A stretch of 48,722 bases of DNA from Candidatus Rokuibacteriota bacterium (GCA_044866005.1 JBIOTN010000053.1:1-48722); one strand, 5' to 3'; counted from the first letter of the stretch, positions 25,629-35,529 are shown. Notes: generated from the sequence alone by a model not told the origin. A program made the numbers and translations.

Positions 25629-26465
25629 CTACACGCCGGAGTCGGCGGGGCCCGCGGCGCCGGTGCCGCGGCTCGAGCGGTCCGCGAGCATGGTCTTCTT
25701 GACCTCGTCCTCGATCAGGTTCCAGATGTAGTCCTCGAGCTGGAGGAAGCGGGCGTCGCGCTTGACGGCGAGCTTCCGCGGGCGCTCGATGCCGATGGGG
25801 ACGCTCTGCTTGACCCGCCCCGGCCGCGCGGTGAAGACGATCACGCGGTCGGAAAGGTAGATCGCCTCGTTGATCTGGTGCGTGATGAAGAGCACGGTCT
25901 TGTTCGCCGCGCGCCAGATCTCCAGCAGCTCTTCCTGCATCACCTCCCGGGTCTGGGCGTCCAGCGCGGCGAACGGCTCGTCCATCAGGAGGACCTGCGG
26001 GTCCATCACGAGCGCCCGGGCCAGGTTCACCCGCTGCTGCATCCCGCCGGAGAGCTCGTGCGGGTAGTGGTGCTCGAAGCCCCGGAGCCCGACCATCTCG
26101 ATGAAGTGCTCGGCGCGCGGCCCCGCCTCCCGCGCGCCGAGCCCGACGCACTCCAGCCCGTATCGGATGTTCCCGAGGACCGTCCGCCAGGGGAGCAGGG
26201 AGGCGTCCTGGAAGACCATGGCGCGGTCCGGCCCGGGACGGGTCACGACCTTGCCGTCGAGCAGGATGCGGCCGCCCGTCGCCGGCAGGAGGCCATCCAC
26301 CACGTTGAGGAACGTGGTCTTGCCGCACCCGGACGGGCCGACGATCGACACGAACTCGCCCTCCGCGATGGCGAGGGTGACGTCGTCGAGGGCCAGGAGC
26401 CGGCGGTCGCTCCGTGGCTGGTAGTACTCGAGCCGGATCCCCTGGGCTTCGAGCTTCACGGGCAT
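25629..26465 (-). CDS. ABC ATPase, TauB/SsuB-type
   Basis: Walker [24 protein letters not shown] and ITH. Confidence 0.96.
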   Translation of the reverse strand: MPVKLEAQGIRLEYYQPRSDRRLLALDDVTLAIAEGEFVSIVGPSGCGKTTFLNVVDGLLPATGGRILLDGKVVTRPGPDRAMVFQDASLLPWRTVLGNIRYGLECVGLGAREAGPRAEHFIEMVGLRGFEHHYPHELSGGMQQRVNLARALVMDPQVLLMDEPFAALDAQTREVMQEELLEIWRAANKTVLFITHQINEAIYLSDRVIVFTARPGRVKQSVPIGIERPRKLAVKRDARFLQLEDYIWNLIEDEVKKTMLADRSSRGTGAAGPADSGV

Positions 26466-26501
26466 GGCCCTACGTCGCCGCCTCGACCTTCCAGGTCCTG
26501 C

Positions 26502-27389
26502 TCACGTCGCGGCGCCGACCTTCGGCCGCCAGGTCTCGACCCGTCGCTCCAGGCGCCCCAGCGCCTCGATCATGAGGAGCCCGGCCCCGGCGATGATCAC
26601 GACGCCGACGAAGACCTTGTCCGTCTGGAAGGAGGCCCCCGCCACCGTGATCATGAACCCGATCCCCGCGGTGGCGGCGTAGAGTTCCCCCACCACGATC
26701 CCCACCATGGCCCGCCCCACGCCGAGCCGGAGCCCGGCGAGGATGAACGGGACCGCGCTCGGCAGGATGATCGTCCGGAACAGGTGCCCCTTCGGCGCGT
26801 TGAAGCTCCGCGCCACCCGGAGCAGCCGGGCTTCCGTCGTGCGCACGCCCGCCAGGGCGTTGATGCAGATGGGGATCACGGCGCCGAGGAAGACGACGAG
26901 CACCTTGGACCAGATGCCGATCCCGACCCAGATGATGATGAGGGGCAGGAGCGCCACCCGCGGTGTCGCGTTCAAGGCCGAGACGAACGGCTCGACGGCG
27001 TAGCAAAACCGTCGGAACCAGCCCGCGGCCAGCCCCACCGGGATCCCGACCGCGATGGCCAGGCCAAAGCCCAGGGCGAACTCGAGGCCGCTCACCCGAA
27101 GGTCGTTCCAGATCTCGCCGGTGGCGAACAGGCGCCCCCCCGTCCGCACGATGGCCGTCGGCGCGGACAGGAAGATGGGCGCGATGCGCCACCGCGCCGC
27201 CGCCGGCCCGAGCACGGGCTCGAGCAGGCTCGCCCACCATCCCCGCGTCAGGCCCTCCCAGAAGACGAGGAACAGGGCGACCGTGACCGTCCCCAGGATG
27301 GCGCGCTCGTATGCCAGGTAGAGCCGGACCAGGCGCGGGGCCCGGGCGACCGCCGGCACGAGGAGCTCGTCTTCGGCGACGTGCGCCAT
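26502..27389 (-). CDS. ABC permease, TauC/SsuC-type (copy 2)
   Basis: Real start ATG 27389 (MAHVAEDE). Motifs PRVALLPLIIIW.GIG, VARSFNA and IVVGELYAATAGIG. Confidence 0.9.
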   Translation of the reverse strand: MAHVAEDELLVPAVARAPRLVRLYLAYERAILGTVTVALFLVFWEGLTRGWWASLLEPVLGPAAARWRIAPIFLSAPTAIVRTGGRLFATGEIWNDLRVSGLEFALGFGLAIAVGIPVGLAAGWFRRFCYAVEPFVSALNATPRVALLPLIIIWVGIGIWSKVLVVFLGAVIPICINALAGVRTTEARLLRVARSFNAPKGHLFRTIILPSAVPFILAGLRLGVGRAMVGIVVGELYAATAGIGFMITVAGASFQTDKVFVGVVIIAGAGLLMIEALGRLERRVETWRPKVGAAT

Positions 27390-27397
27390 CGCCCCGG

Positions 27398-28252
27398 CTA
27401 TGTCGCGGAGCCGACCTTCGGGCGCCACTCGTCGAAGCGGCGCTCGAGGCGGTTGAGGAGCTCGACCACGACGACCCCGGTCGCCGTGATGATCAGGATG
27501 CCGACGAAGACCTTGTCGGTCTGGAAGGTCGCGCCGGCCACCGTGATGAGAAAGCCGATCCCGGCGGTGGCGGCGTAGAGCTCCCCCACCACGACGCCGA
27601 GGAGCGCCCGGCCCGCGGCGTAGCGGAGCCCCGTGAAGATGAAGGGCACGGTCCCGGGGAACACGATGCTCAGGAAGATCTTGAGCTCCGAGGCCCCAAG
27701 GCTGCGTGCGACCTTGAGAAATCGCTCCTCGGTGGTCCGCACCCCCGAAAAGGTGTTGACGAGCATCGGGATCACGGCCCCCAGGAAGACCACGACGATC
27801 TTCGACCAGACGCCGATCCCGAACCAGATGATGATCAGGGGGAGCAGCGCCACGCGCGGGACGGCGTTCAGGATGTCGATGAACGGGCTGAGGCAGAAGT
27901 GGAGCCGCCGGTACCAGCCGATGGCCAGGCCGAGCGGGATGGCGATGCCCGCCGCCATCAGGTAGCCCACGACGAACTCGGTCGCGCTCACCCGGAGGTC
28001 CGTCCAGATCTCGCCGGTCGCGAAGAGCCGGTAGCCGGCCCGGGCGACGAGCGTCGGCGAGGAGAGGAAGAGCGGGTCGACCAGGCGACTCCGCGTCACC
28101 CCTTCCCAGGCCAGGAAGAAGGCCAGGACCGCGGCGCCGCCGATGAGGAACCGCTCGTGCTCGGACCACAACCGGCCGAGCCGCGAGGTCTCGACGCCGA
28201 CGGCGGCGTCGAGAGGCCGGCGTTCCGCGCGGTCGCTCTCCGCGGCGCTCAT
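27398..28252 (-). CDS. ABC permease, TauC/SsuC-type (copy 1)
   Basis: PRVALLPLIIIWFGIG, VARSLGAS and VVVGELYAATAGIG; a clear paralog of copy 2. Confidence 0.92.
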   Translation of the reverse strand: MSAAESDRAERRPLDAAVGVETSRLGRLWSEHERFLIGGAAVLAFFLAWEGVTRSRLVDPLFLSSPTLVARAGYRLFATGEIWTDLRVSATEFVVGYLMAAGIAIPLGLAIGWYRRLHFCLSPFIDILNAVPRVALLPLIIIWFGIGVWSKIVVVFLGAVIPMLVNTFSGVRTTEERFLKVARSLGASELKIFLSIVFPGTVPFIFTGLRYAAGRALLGVVVGELYAATAGIGFLITVAGATFQTDKVFVGILIITATGVVVVELLNRLERRFDEWRPKVGSAT

Positions 28253-28305
28253 CGGCGGAGCCGGCGCGAGGGACGTGCCGGCATGCGCGGCCCGGGGCGG
28301 CTCAT
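28249..28305 (-). repeat. 57-bp intergenic element, copy A (18-aa bridging ORF MSRPGPRMPARPSRRLRR)
   Basis: 50/57 identical, without indels, to 34490-34546. ATGA overlaps at both ends. Confidence 0.75.
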
Positions 28306-29348
28306 CGGCGGTAGAGCTGGTCGATGAAGCCGTCCTGGTCCAGCCGCTTGAGGATCGAGACGTCCACGAGCTGCTCCGCCCTGAGCTGCGCGATCTTCGG
28401 GTCCTTCTCGCCCATCACCTGGATGGTGCCGGCGATCGCCTCCATGCTCGGATAGGGCTTGCGCTCGACCTTCGGGAGGAGGTCCCGGTAGGCCGCCTCG
28501 GCCTTCGCCACGTCGAGCCGGAGGTTCCGGGCGAGGACCTCCGTCACCGGCCGGCGATTGGCCGGATCGAGGATGTAGGCGTTGCCGGCGAGGATGCTCC
28601 GCACCACGCTCTCCACGACCTTCGGCTGCTCGGCGAGGTACCGGCGCGTGCTGACGAGGGCGTTGTTGATGAACGGCACCCCGAGGCTCTCCATGTTCCC
28701 GAGGAAGCTGAAGCCCCTGTCCTTGACGGGCCCCGCGACCGACGGGTCGATGAGGGTGCCGTCGATGCGGCCGCCAAGCAGCGCCTGCGCCCGGAGCGCC
28801 TCGTCCCCCACGGTGAGGAACGTGATCCGGTCCCGGACCGGGTCGAGCCCGAAGTGCCGGAGCATGAGGACCGACGCCACGTGGGAGGTCGCGCCCGGCC
28901 CGCTGATCCCGAGGACCCTGCCCTTGAGGTCCGCCGGCGTCTTGAGCTCCGGCTTCGCCCAGATGTCGAACGTCACCTTGTTCGTGATGCCGAGCACGAT
29001 GACCGCGTCGCCCCCCGCGGCCACGGCGGAGGCCACGGTGGGGACCCCCGTGAACCCGATGGGAATCGAGCCCGACAGGATCGCCTGGGTCATCTGCCGC
29101 CCGCCCTCGACCAGCGTGGCGGTGACGTCGAGCCCGTACCGGGCGAAGGTCCCGGCGTCCCGGGGGACCCACAGGGCGGCGATGTCGTTCCGGACGTTCG
29201 AGTGGCCGATGACGATCCGGGTGAGCGCCGGCTGCCCCGAGGCCGCCACCGTGACGAGGAGCGACATCGCGACCCCCAGCACGGCCAGACGTCGCGGTCG
29301 GCTCACCGGAGCATTGCTGGATTCGGCCCTGCCCGGCGTACGCGGCAT
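28302..29348 (-). CDS. ABC solute-binding protein, NMT1/SsuA-like
   Basis: Signal peptide; FARYGLDV, DLKGRVLGIS and RKPYPS. The start may be about 14 codons downstream. Confidence 0.88.
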   Translation of the reverse strand: MPRTPGRAESSNAPVSRPRRLAVLGVAMSLLVTVAASGQPALTRIVIGHSNVRNDIAALWVPRDAGTFARYGLDVTATLVEGGRQMTQAILSGSIPIGFTGVPTVASAVAAGGDAVIVLGITNKVTFDIWAKPELKTPADLKGRVLGISGPGATSHVASVLMLRHFGLDPVRDRITFLTVGDEALRAQALLGGRIDGTLIDPSVAGPVKDRGFSFLGNMESLGVPFINNALVSTRRYLAEQPKVVESVVRSILAGNAYILDPANRRPVTEVLARNLRLDVAKAEAAYRDLLPKVERKPYPSMEAIAGTIQVMGEKDPKIAQLRAEQLVDVSILKRLDQDGFIDQLYRR

Positions 29349-29442
29349 GGTACCGGCCCGAGACCCGAGCAGATCAAGGCCGCAGGCCGAGCGCGTCCCG
29401 GCCGTGAGGCCAGACGCCGGGATGCGACGGGGATCGGCCCGC

Positions 29443-30528
29443 TCACGGGTGGACGTCCTGGAGAAACCACTCCGTCGGGATCTCCCGGCCGACCCCTTCG
29501 GCCCGGGCCCGCTGGTAGACCCGCGCCCCGACGGCGGCGAACTGGAGCCCGGTCCCGGCGTTGTTCACGAAGCAGCTGATCTCGTGGGGCCCGCGGCGCG
29601 CCCGCGCGGTCCCGCGGATGAGCTCCGTCAGCTCGGGCACGCCGTCCCACGCCACCTCCGGCGCCGCCTCGGCCAAGCCCACGCCCAGGAGCGGCAGCGG
29701 GTCGTCCCCGATCACGGCCTCGGCGCGGCCCGGGAGATAATTGCGGGGCCCCTCGGCCCGATGGTGGAGGACCACGACATCCGCCCTCGCGATCACGGGC
29801 GCGCCCAGCTCCGCCGTCTTGACGCAGGTCACGTGCATCCCCGGCCGGAGCCACTCCGGCCGGATCACGGGCGCCACGGCGTTCGTCGCGGCCGCGACGA
29901 TGTCGGCCCCGCCCACCGCATGCTCCGGGCGGTCCACGGCGTCCACCTCCAGGCCGAGCTTCAGGCTCATCGCCTTGGCGAACCTCTCCCGGTGCTCGGG
30001 CGTCGGGCTGTAGACCCGCACGCGCTGGAGCGGGCGGACGACGGCCAGCGCCTCGACCTGCGCGCCCGCCTGCCAGCCGGACCCCAGCAGGCCGAGCACC
30101 CGGGCATCCTCGCGCGCCAGGCGCCGGGCGGCGATGGCGCTCGTCGCCCCCACGCGCATCTTCTGGAGGTAGCCGTCCGGCATGATGGCCAGGAGCTCCC
30201 CGGTCTCGGTGCTGTAGAGCTCCACGTGGCCGGCATACCGCCCGCGGGCCGCGGGAAGCTTCGCCTTCAGCACGCCGTGCGGCCCCGCCTTCCAGGTGAT
30301 GTGGTCGGAGTTGATCCGGAGCGCGGCGATGCCGAGCGAGGGGATGACCCCTTCCATCGACTTGAAGACGTAGTAGGTCTCCGGTCGCCCGGTGGGCGCG
30401 TAGAGGTCCGTCCGCGGCCGGTGCTGGGCGCGCCCGGCGGCCAGCTCGGCGTAGGCGATCTCGAGCGCCTCGAGGCACGCGTCCATCGGCAGGAGGCGCT
30501 CCACCTCGTCGTTGCTCAGGACGAGCAT
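29443..30528 (-). CDS. ornithine cyclodeaminase/mu-crystallin family protein (paralog 1)
   Basis: MLVLSNDEV, TGELLAIM...MRVGATSA, GLLGSGWQA, AATNA and G.GLQFAAVG motifs; GGAG RBS. Confidence 0.9.
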   Translation of the reverse strand: MLVLSNDEVERLLPMDACLEALEIAYAELAAGRAQHRPRTDLYAPTGRPETYYVFKSMEGVIPSLGIAALRINSDHITWKAGPHGVLKAKLPAARGRYAGHVELYSTETGELLAIMPDGYLQKMRVGATSAIAARRLAREDARVLGLLGSGWQAGAQVEALAVVRPLQRVRVYSPTPEHRERFAKAMSLKLGLEVDAVDRPEHAVGGADIVAAATNAVAPVIRPEWLRPGMHVTCVKTAELGAPVIARADVVVLHHRAEGPRNYLPGRAEAVIGDDPLPLLGVGLAEAAPEVAWDGVPELTELIRGTARARRGPHEISCFVNNAGTGLQFAAVGARVYQRARAEGVGREIPTEWFLQDVHP

Positions 30529-30580
30529 GCCGTCACTCCGCCGAGGACGACGAGATGCGACGCGGATCGGCCCGGGCCGG

Positions 30581-31669
30581 TCACGGGTGCACGGTCTGGA
30601 GGAACCAGTCCGGTGGCAGCTCGCGCCCCAGGCCCCGGGCGCGGGCGCGCTCGAGCACCCGGGCCCCCACCGCCGCGAACTGGGCCCCCAGCCCGATGTT
30701 GTTGACGAAGCCCGTGATCGCCTCGTCGTCGGTCCGCCCGGTCGCCCGGCCGGTCACGAGGTCGGGGAGCGTGGGGAGCCGTGACCACGGCAGGCTCCGC
30801 CGCGTCGGGTGGTCCCGCAGCGCGAACCCGGCCGCGGCGAAACGGCGGCCGAGGTCGTCCGAGGCCGCGTGGACCTCCATGTCGTGCGTGTGGATCACGA
30901 GCGGCCGGCAGCGGGCCAGCGCGGCGTCGTCGGGCTCGTCGCGCTGCATGACCGAGAGGTGCATGCCCGGGGTCAGCCAGTCGCCCTTGATCACGGGCTC
31001 CCGGCTGTTCGTCGCGGTGACGGCGATGTCGGCCCCCTCGAGGGCGGCCTCCGGCGCGTCCGCCGCCCGCACCTCGACCGCGAGCGTCCGCTCCATCTCC
31101 TTGGCGAAGCGTAAGCGGTGGTCGGCGGTGGGGCTGTACACGCGGATCGCGTCGACGGGGCGCACCCGGCAGAGCGCCATGAGCTGCGCCCCGGCCTGCC
31201 AGCCCGAGCCCAGGATGCCGACGCGCCGCGCATCGCGCCGCGCCAGCCGGCGCGCGGCGACGCCGTTGGTGCCACCGACCCGCATCCGCTGGATGACGCC
31301 ATCCGGCATGATGCCCAGGAGCTCGCCCGTGGTCGAGCTGAAGAGCAGGACCAGGCCGAGCCAGCGCCCCCCGGGCGCGGCCGGGAGCTTGACGCGGCGG
31401 CGCTTCCCGTCCACGAGCGGCCAGGTGACGATGTCGGAGGTGAGGCGCAGCGCCGCCACGCCCAGACTCCCGACCCCGCCGCTCATCGATTTGAGATAGT
31501 GGGCCGCCGGCGCGTCGCGGACGCCCGCGGTCGGCATGTGGAGATCGGCCCGCGGCGTGGCCGCCGCCGCGCCCTCGCCCAGCTCCCGGTAGAGGCCCTC
31601 GAGCGCCTCGAGGCAGACCTCCATCGTGAGGACCGCCTCGATCGCGTCGTTGTCGAGGAGCAGCGGCAC
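30581..31669 (-). CDS. ornithine cyclodeaminase/mu-crystallin family protein (paralog 2)
   Basis: Likely GTG start at 31669 (VPLLLDND). Motifs TGELLGIM...MRVGGT, GILGSGWQA and TATNS; both paralogs end WFLQxVHP. Confidence 0.88.
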   Translation of the reverse strand: MPLLLDNDAIEAVLTMEVCLEALEGLYRELGEGAAAATPRADLHMPTAGVRDAPAAHYLKSMSGGVGSLGVAALRLTSDIVTWPLVDGKRRRVKLPAAPGGRWLGLVLLFSSTTGELLGIMPDGVIQRMRVGGTNGVAARRLARRDARRVGILGSGWQAGAQLMALCRVRPVDAIRVYSPTADHRLRFAKEMERTLAVEVRAADAPEAALEGADIAVTATNSREPVIKGDWLTPGMHLSVMQRDEPDDAALARCRPLVIHTHDMEVHAASDDLGRRFAAAGFALRDHPTRRSLPWSRLPTLPDLVTGRATGRTDDEAITGFVNNIGLGAQFAAVGARVLERARARGLGRELPPDWFLQTVHP

Positions 31670-31677
31670 CGGGGGTC

Positions 31678-32709
31678 TCAGCGATACAGGCGGTCGATGG
31701 CGCCCGATTCGTCCAGCTCCTTGAGGAAGCGGACGTCGACGACCGCCTCGGGCTTGAGGCTCAGGGCCCGGGGATTCTTCTCGCCGGCCTCGTCGATGAT
31801 GAGCTGGAGGCCCTTGAGCGTCGGGTAGGGCTTGCGGGGGGTGCGCTTGAGCCCGATCTCCGTGTAGGCCTCTTCGATGGCCTCCCGGTCGGCGCTCTTG
31901 AGGTACCGGGCGATGACCGCGAGACTCTCCGCCTTGCGGGTCTTGTAGTAGTGGATGCCTTCGACGTAGGCCTTGACGAACCGCCGGACCGTGTCGGCCT
32001 GCTTCTGGATGAAGGCCCGGGTCGTGGCGATGCCGGTGTGCTGGTACTCGAGCCCCAGCTCGCCCAGGTCGGCGATGATGTTGAAGCCGAGCTTCTTCGC
32101 CATGAGCGTGGTCGGGACCTCCACCAGTGTGGCCTGGATCGACCCGGCCTTGAGCGCCGCGAACCGCGCGGGCTCGGCCCCGATCTGGAGGATGGGGACG
32201 TCCCGGTCCGGCGCGAGGCCGAAGTGCTCGAGCATGAAGCGGGCGGCGAAGTCGTTGGACGAGCCGAAGCGCGAGACCCCGAGTGTCTTCCCCTTGAGCT
32301 GCCGGGGGTCGGTGATCTCCGGGGCCGCCACGACCTTGAAGTTGAGCGTGTTGAAGGCCCCGAGGATCATGACCGCGTCCGAGCCGGCGAGCCGGCTCTG
32401 GACCACCGCGCTGCCCCCGACCTGGACGATGGGCACGTCGCCGGCGAGCAGGGCCTGCGTGGCCTTGGAGCCGCCCTCGATGAAGGAGAGCGTCACGGCG
32501 AGCCCGTTCTTCTCGAAGAGCCCCGCCTCCCTGGTGACCCAGAGCGGGGCCTGGTTGGCGGTGATCGCGCTGTAGCCGACCCGCAGCTCCTCCCCGCCGG
32601 CCGGCAGGGCGACGGCCAGGAGCCAGCCGACGAGCAGACCCGGCGCGACCCGACGGCCCGGCCGGAGGAGGCTCATGCCACCCGGGTGAGGCGCGCGCGA
32701 CGCCGTCAT
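31678..32709 (-). CDS. ABC solute-binding protein, NMT1/SsuA-like
   Basis: GLFEKNGL, LKGKTLGVSRFGS, FVKAYVEG and RKPYPT. The start may be ATG 32676. Confidence 0.9.
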   Translation of the reverse strand: MTASRAPHPGGMSLLRPGRRVAPGLLVGWLLAVALPAGGEELRVGYSAITANQAPLWVTREAGLFEKNGLAVTLSFIEGGSKATQALLAGDVPIVQVGGSAVVQSRLAGSDAVMILGAFNTLNFKVVAAPEITDPRQLKGKTLGVSRFGSSNDFAARFMLEHFGLAPDRDVPILQIGAEPARFAALKAGSIQATLVEVPTTLMAKKLGFNIIADLGELGLEYQHTGIATTRAFIQKQADTVRRFVKAYVEGIHYYKTRKAESLAVIARYLKSADREAIEEAYTEIGLKRTPRKPYPTLKGLQLIIDEAGEKNPRALSLKPEAVVDVRFLKELDESGAIDRLYR

Positions 32710-32711
32710 GG

Positions 32712-34493
32712 TCAGCGGGGCTGGATGACCACGTCCAGCAGCGCCGGACGCCCGTCGTCCTTGACGACCCGCAGCGCGCGCCGGAGGGCCGGCCCGAGCG
32801 CCCCCGGCTCCTCGATCGGCCCCTCGGCGTGGATGCCGAAGCCCTGCGCGATCGCGGCGAAGCTCGGAGCAGGCTCCTCGATCCGGATCCCGATGCCCTT
32901 GTTCTCCACCGGCCGACCGCGCGCCACGGCCATCCGCTCCTGGTGCTCCTCGTCGTTGTAGTAGGAGCGATTGTTACACATGACGATGAGCAGCGGGAGC
33001 CCGTGGTGCGCCGCGGTGAAGAGCCCGCTGGTGACGTAGAGGAGGTCGCCGTCGGACTGGAGATCCACGCAGACCTTGCCGCCGGCGCGATGGGCCAGCG
33101 CGACGCCCAGGGAGGCCCCGAGCCCGTAGCCGAGCCCGGCCCCCCCGCTTCCGCCGTAGGTCCGCTCCGGCCGCCAGTCCCAGAGGCGGCGGGCCCACCC
33201 GTTCGCGGTGCCGTTGGTGAGCACCCAGTCCTCCGACCGGATCGCCTCCCACACCGCGGCCGCGAGTGCCGCCGGGGCGATGGGACGTTCGGCGCGCTTC
33301 CGCTCCGCCGTCCGGCGCCACTCCTCGCCCAGGGCCTGGTGGCGGGCGCCCAGCCGCTCGGCGCGGGCCTGGCGCGCCGCGGCCCGCGGGTCCTTCTTGA
33401 GACGGTCCTCGACCAGCTCGACCAGCAGGGGGAGCGCCACGGCCGCATCCGCCGCGATGGGGAGGTCGACCGGGACCAGGGAGAGCGCGGTGTGCGCCCA
33501 GCTCCGGAAGGCGTAGTCGTTCAGCGAGATCGCGATGAGCGTCTGCCGGTCCCGCACCAGGCGCACCTGGCGCGTGGTGCGGTCCACCTCGCCCAGCACG
33601 CCGAGGAAGTCCTGGACGTCGAGGGCCACGATGACGTCGGCCGCCTCCACGACCTCCCGCGTGGCGCCGCTCAGGTCCAGCGGATGCCGGTTTCCGAAGC
33701 TCGCCCGCCCCCGGTGGCCGTCGCCGAGATCGACCACGGGCGCCGCGAGCAGCTCCGCGAGACGCCCGAGGCTCGCCTCCGCCCCGGGCCGGCGGCCCAG
33801 GCTCTCCACGAGGATGGCCGGCGACTCGGCGTCGCAGAGCTGCCGCGCCGCCTCCGCGAGCGCGCGCGGATCGGCTTGAGGCGGCGCCGGGGGGGCGAAG
33901 CGCGCCAGCTCCGGCAGCGGGATCGGGCCCGACAGCCGTGCCTCCTGCAGGGCCGCGTCCAGGCAGAGATAGACCGGGCCCTGGGGCTCCGTCCGCGCGA
34001 TCCGCCAGGCGCGCACGAAGGCCTCCGGGATGGCCGGGACGCTGGCCGGCTGATCGTCCCACTTGACGTAGTCGCGGACCAGCGTCCCCTGCACCAGGGC
34101 CGTGTGAATCCAGTCGATCCAGGGGCGCCGGTGCGCGGTATCCATGGGCCCGGTGCCGCCCAGGACGAGCACGGGGACGCGGTCGCAGAAGGCGTTGAAG
34201 ATGGCCATGCTGGCGTGCTGGAGCCCCACGACGTCATGCGTGATCGTCGCCATGGGCGTCCCCTTCGCCTTGGCGTAGCCGTGGGCCAGGCTGACCGCGA
34301 TCTCCTCGTGACAGCAGAGGACGATCTCGGGGCGGCGGTTCCCCCCGTAGTTCACCAGGGAGTCGTGGAGGCCCCGGAACGTGGCGCCGGGGTTGAAGGC
34401 GACGTACTCGATGCCCGCGGCGCGCATGAGGTCGACGACGAGATCCGACCCGTACTCGGGCCCGGTCGGCAGGGGGCGCGTCGCGACGCTCAT
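32712..34493 (-). CDS. thiamine-diphosphate-dependent enzyme (decarboxylase/acetolactate-synthase fold)
   Basis: YGSD, NPGATFRGLHDS, HEEIAV..AHGYAK, and the ThDP motif SDGDLLY...NNRSY. Confidence 0.9.
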   Translation of the reverse strand: MSVATRPLPTGPEYGSDLVVDLMRAAGIEYVAFNPGATFRGLHDSLVNYGGNRRPEIVLCCHEEIAVSLAHGYAKAKGTPMATITHDVVGLQHASMAIFNAFCDRVPVLVLGGTGPMDTAHRRPWIDWIHTALVQGTLVRDYVKWDDQPASVPAIPEAFVRAWRIARTEPQGPVYLCLDAALQEARLSGPIPLPELARFAPPAPPQADPRALAEAARQLCDAESPAILVESLGRRPGAEASLGRLAELLAAPVVDLGDGHRGRASFGNRHPLDLSGATREVVEAADVIVALDVQDFLGVLGEVDRTTRQVRLVRDRQTLIAISLNDYAFRSWAHTALSLVPVDLPIAADAAVALPLLVELVEDRLKKDPRAAARQARAERLGARHQALGEEWRRTAERKRAERPIAPAALAAAVWEAIRSEDWVLTNGTANGWARRLWDWRPERTYGGSGGAGLGYGLGASLGVALAHRAGGKVCVDLQSDGDLLYVTSGLFTAAHHGLPLLIVMCNNRSYYNDEEHQERMAVARGRPVENKGIGIRIEEPAPSFAAIAQGFGIHAEGPIEEPGALGPALRRALRVVKDDGRPALLDVVIQPR

Positions 34494-34546
34494 CGCCGTC
34501 GCCTGCGCGAGGGATGTGCCGGCATGGACGGCCCGGGGCGGCTCAT
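34490..34546 (-). repeat. 57-bp intergenic element, copy B (18-aa bridging ORF MSRPGPSMPAHPSRRRRR)
   Basis: 50/57 identical to 28249-28305. ATGA overlaps at both ends. Confidence 0.75.
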
Positions 34547-35529
34547 GGCCCCCAGAGCTTCCGGAACAGGCCTTCGCGCTCGAGCTGGTCGAGGAAGCGC
34601 GTGTCCAGCATGTCTTCGGGCTTGAGCTGTCTGGCCTTCGGCTCCTTCTCGCCCAGCGCGGCGAGAATCGCGGCGAGCCCCTTGCGGCTGACGTGGGGCA
34701 CGCTCTCCAGGTAGTCGCGGAACTGGGCGTAGGTGTCCTCCAGCACCTCGGGGTCGCTCACCTTCGTGTACTTCTGCAACACGCGCAGCGCCGTGGGCTT
34801 GCTCGTCTTGAAGAGGTGCACGGCCTCGGCATACGAGCGCACCACCCGGGCGGTCGCCTCCTCGTTCACCTTCACGTACGACCGGGTGCTGCCGAACGCC
34901 ACCGCGGCGTACTCGGGGCCGTCCCTGGCCAGGTTCACGAGCTCGCCGAAGCCCGCCTTGCGCGCGCGGCTGTTGGTCGGGGGGGAGAGGATCCCGCCGT
35001 CGATCTGGCCCGCCGTGAGCGCGGTCAGGATGTTGGGCACCTCCATGAGGGGGAGCAGCTGGTAGTCGCCCGGCTTGAGCCCCGCGGCGCCGAGCGCCAC
35101 CAGGCTGGCCGTGTGCGTGGTGGAGCCGATCCGCGTGATGCCGATCTTCTTCCCCCTGAGGTCGGCCAGGCGCCTGATGTCGGGTCGGGCCAGAAGGGAG
35201 AAGACCAGGCGATTGGTGACGCCGGCCAGGAGCACGACGTCCCCGCCCTGCAGGTTCGCCTCCACGGAGTTCTGACCGTCCAGGGCGGAGAAGTGGAGCT
35301 CGCCGGCCAGCATCGTCTGGATCGCGCGCGAGGTCGAGGGGATGTGGACCAGCTCGACGTCCACGGCGTTCTTCCTGAAGATCCCCTCCTCGTACGCCAC
35401 CCACACGCCGCTCATGGCGCCGCTGACGGCGGTCCAGTTGATCTTGACCTTCCCCTGGCCCCACGCGGAGGAGGCCGAGAAGGCCAGCGCCAGCAGGAGG
35501 GCGACGGCCCGCCGGGCGACGGGGGTCAC
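34543..35529 (-). CDS. ABC solute-binding protein, NMT1/SsuA-like
   Basis: Likely GTG start at 35529, with a signal peptide; GIFRKNAVDV and DLRGKKIGITRIGS. The track start at 35589 overlaps the upstream gene. Confidence 0.87.
   Translation of the reverse strand: MTPVARRAVALLLALAFSASSAWGQGKVKINWTAVSGAMSGVWVAYEEGIFRKNAVDVELVHIPSTSRAIQTMLAGELHFSALDGQNSVEANLQGGDVVLLAGVTNRLVFSLLARPDIRRLADLRGKKIGITRIGSTTHTASLVALGAAGLKPGDYQLLPLMEVPNILTALTAGQIDGGILSPPTNSRARKAGFGELVNLARDGPEYAAVAFGSTRSYVKVNEEATARVVRSYAEAVHLFKTSKPTALRVLQKYTKVSDPEVLEDTYAQFRDYLESVPHVSRKGLAAILAALGEKEPKARQLKPEDMLDTRFLDQLEREGLFRKLWGP

Noticed and set aside
30581..33448. Apparent 955-aa fusion ending in an OCD domain
   Set aside because: The N-terminal ~590 aa overlap the real SBP and ThDP genes in another frame and are low-complexity. 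The gene starts near 31669.
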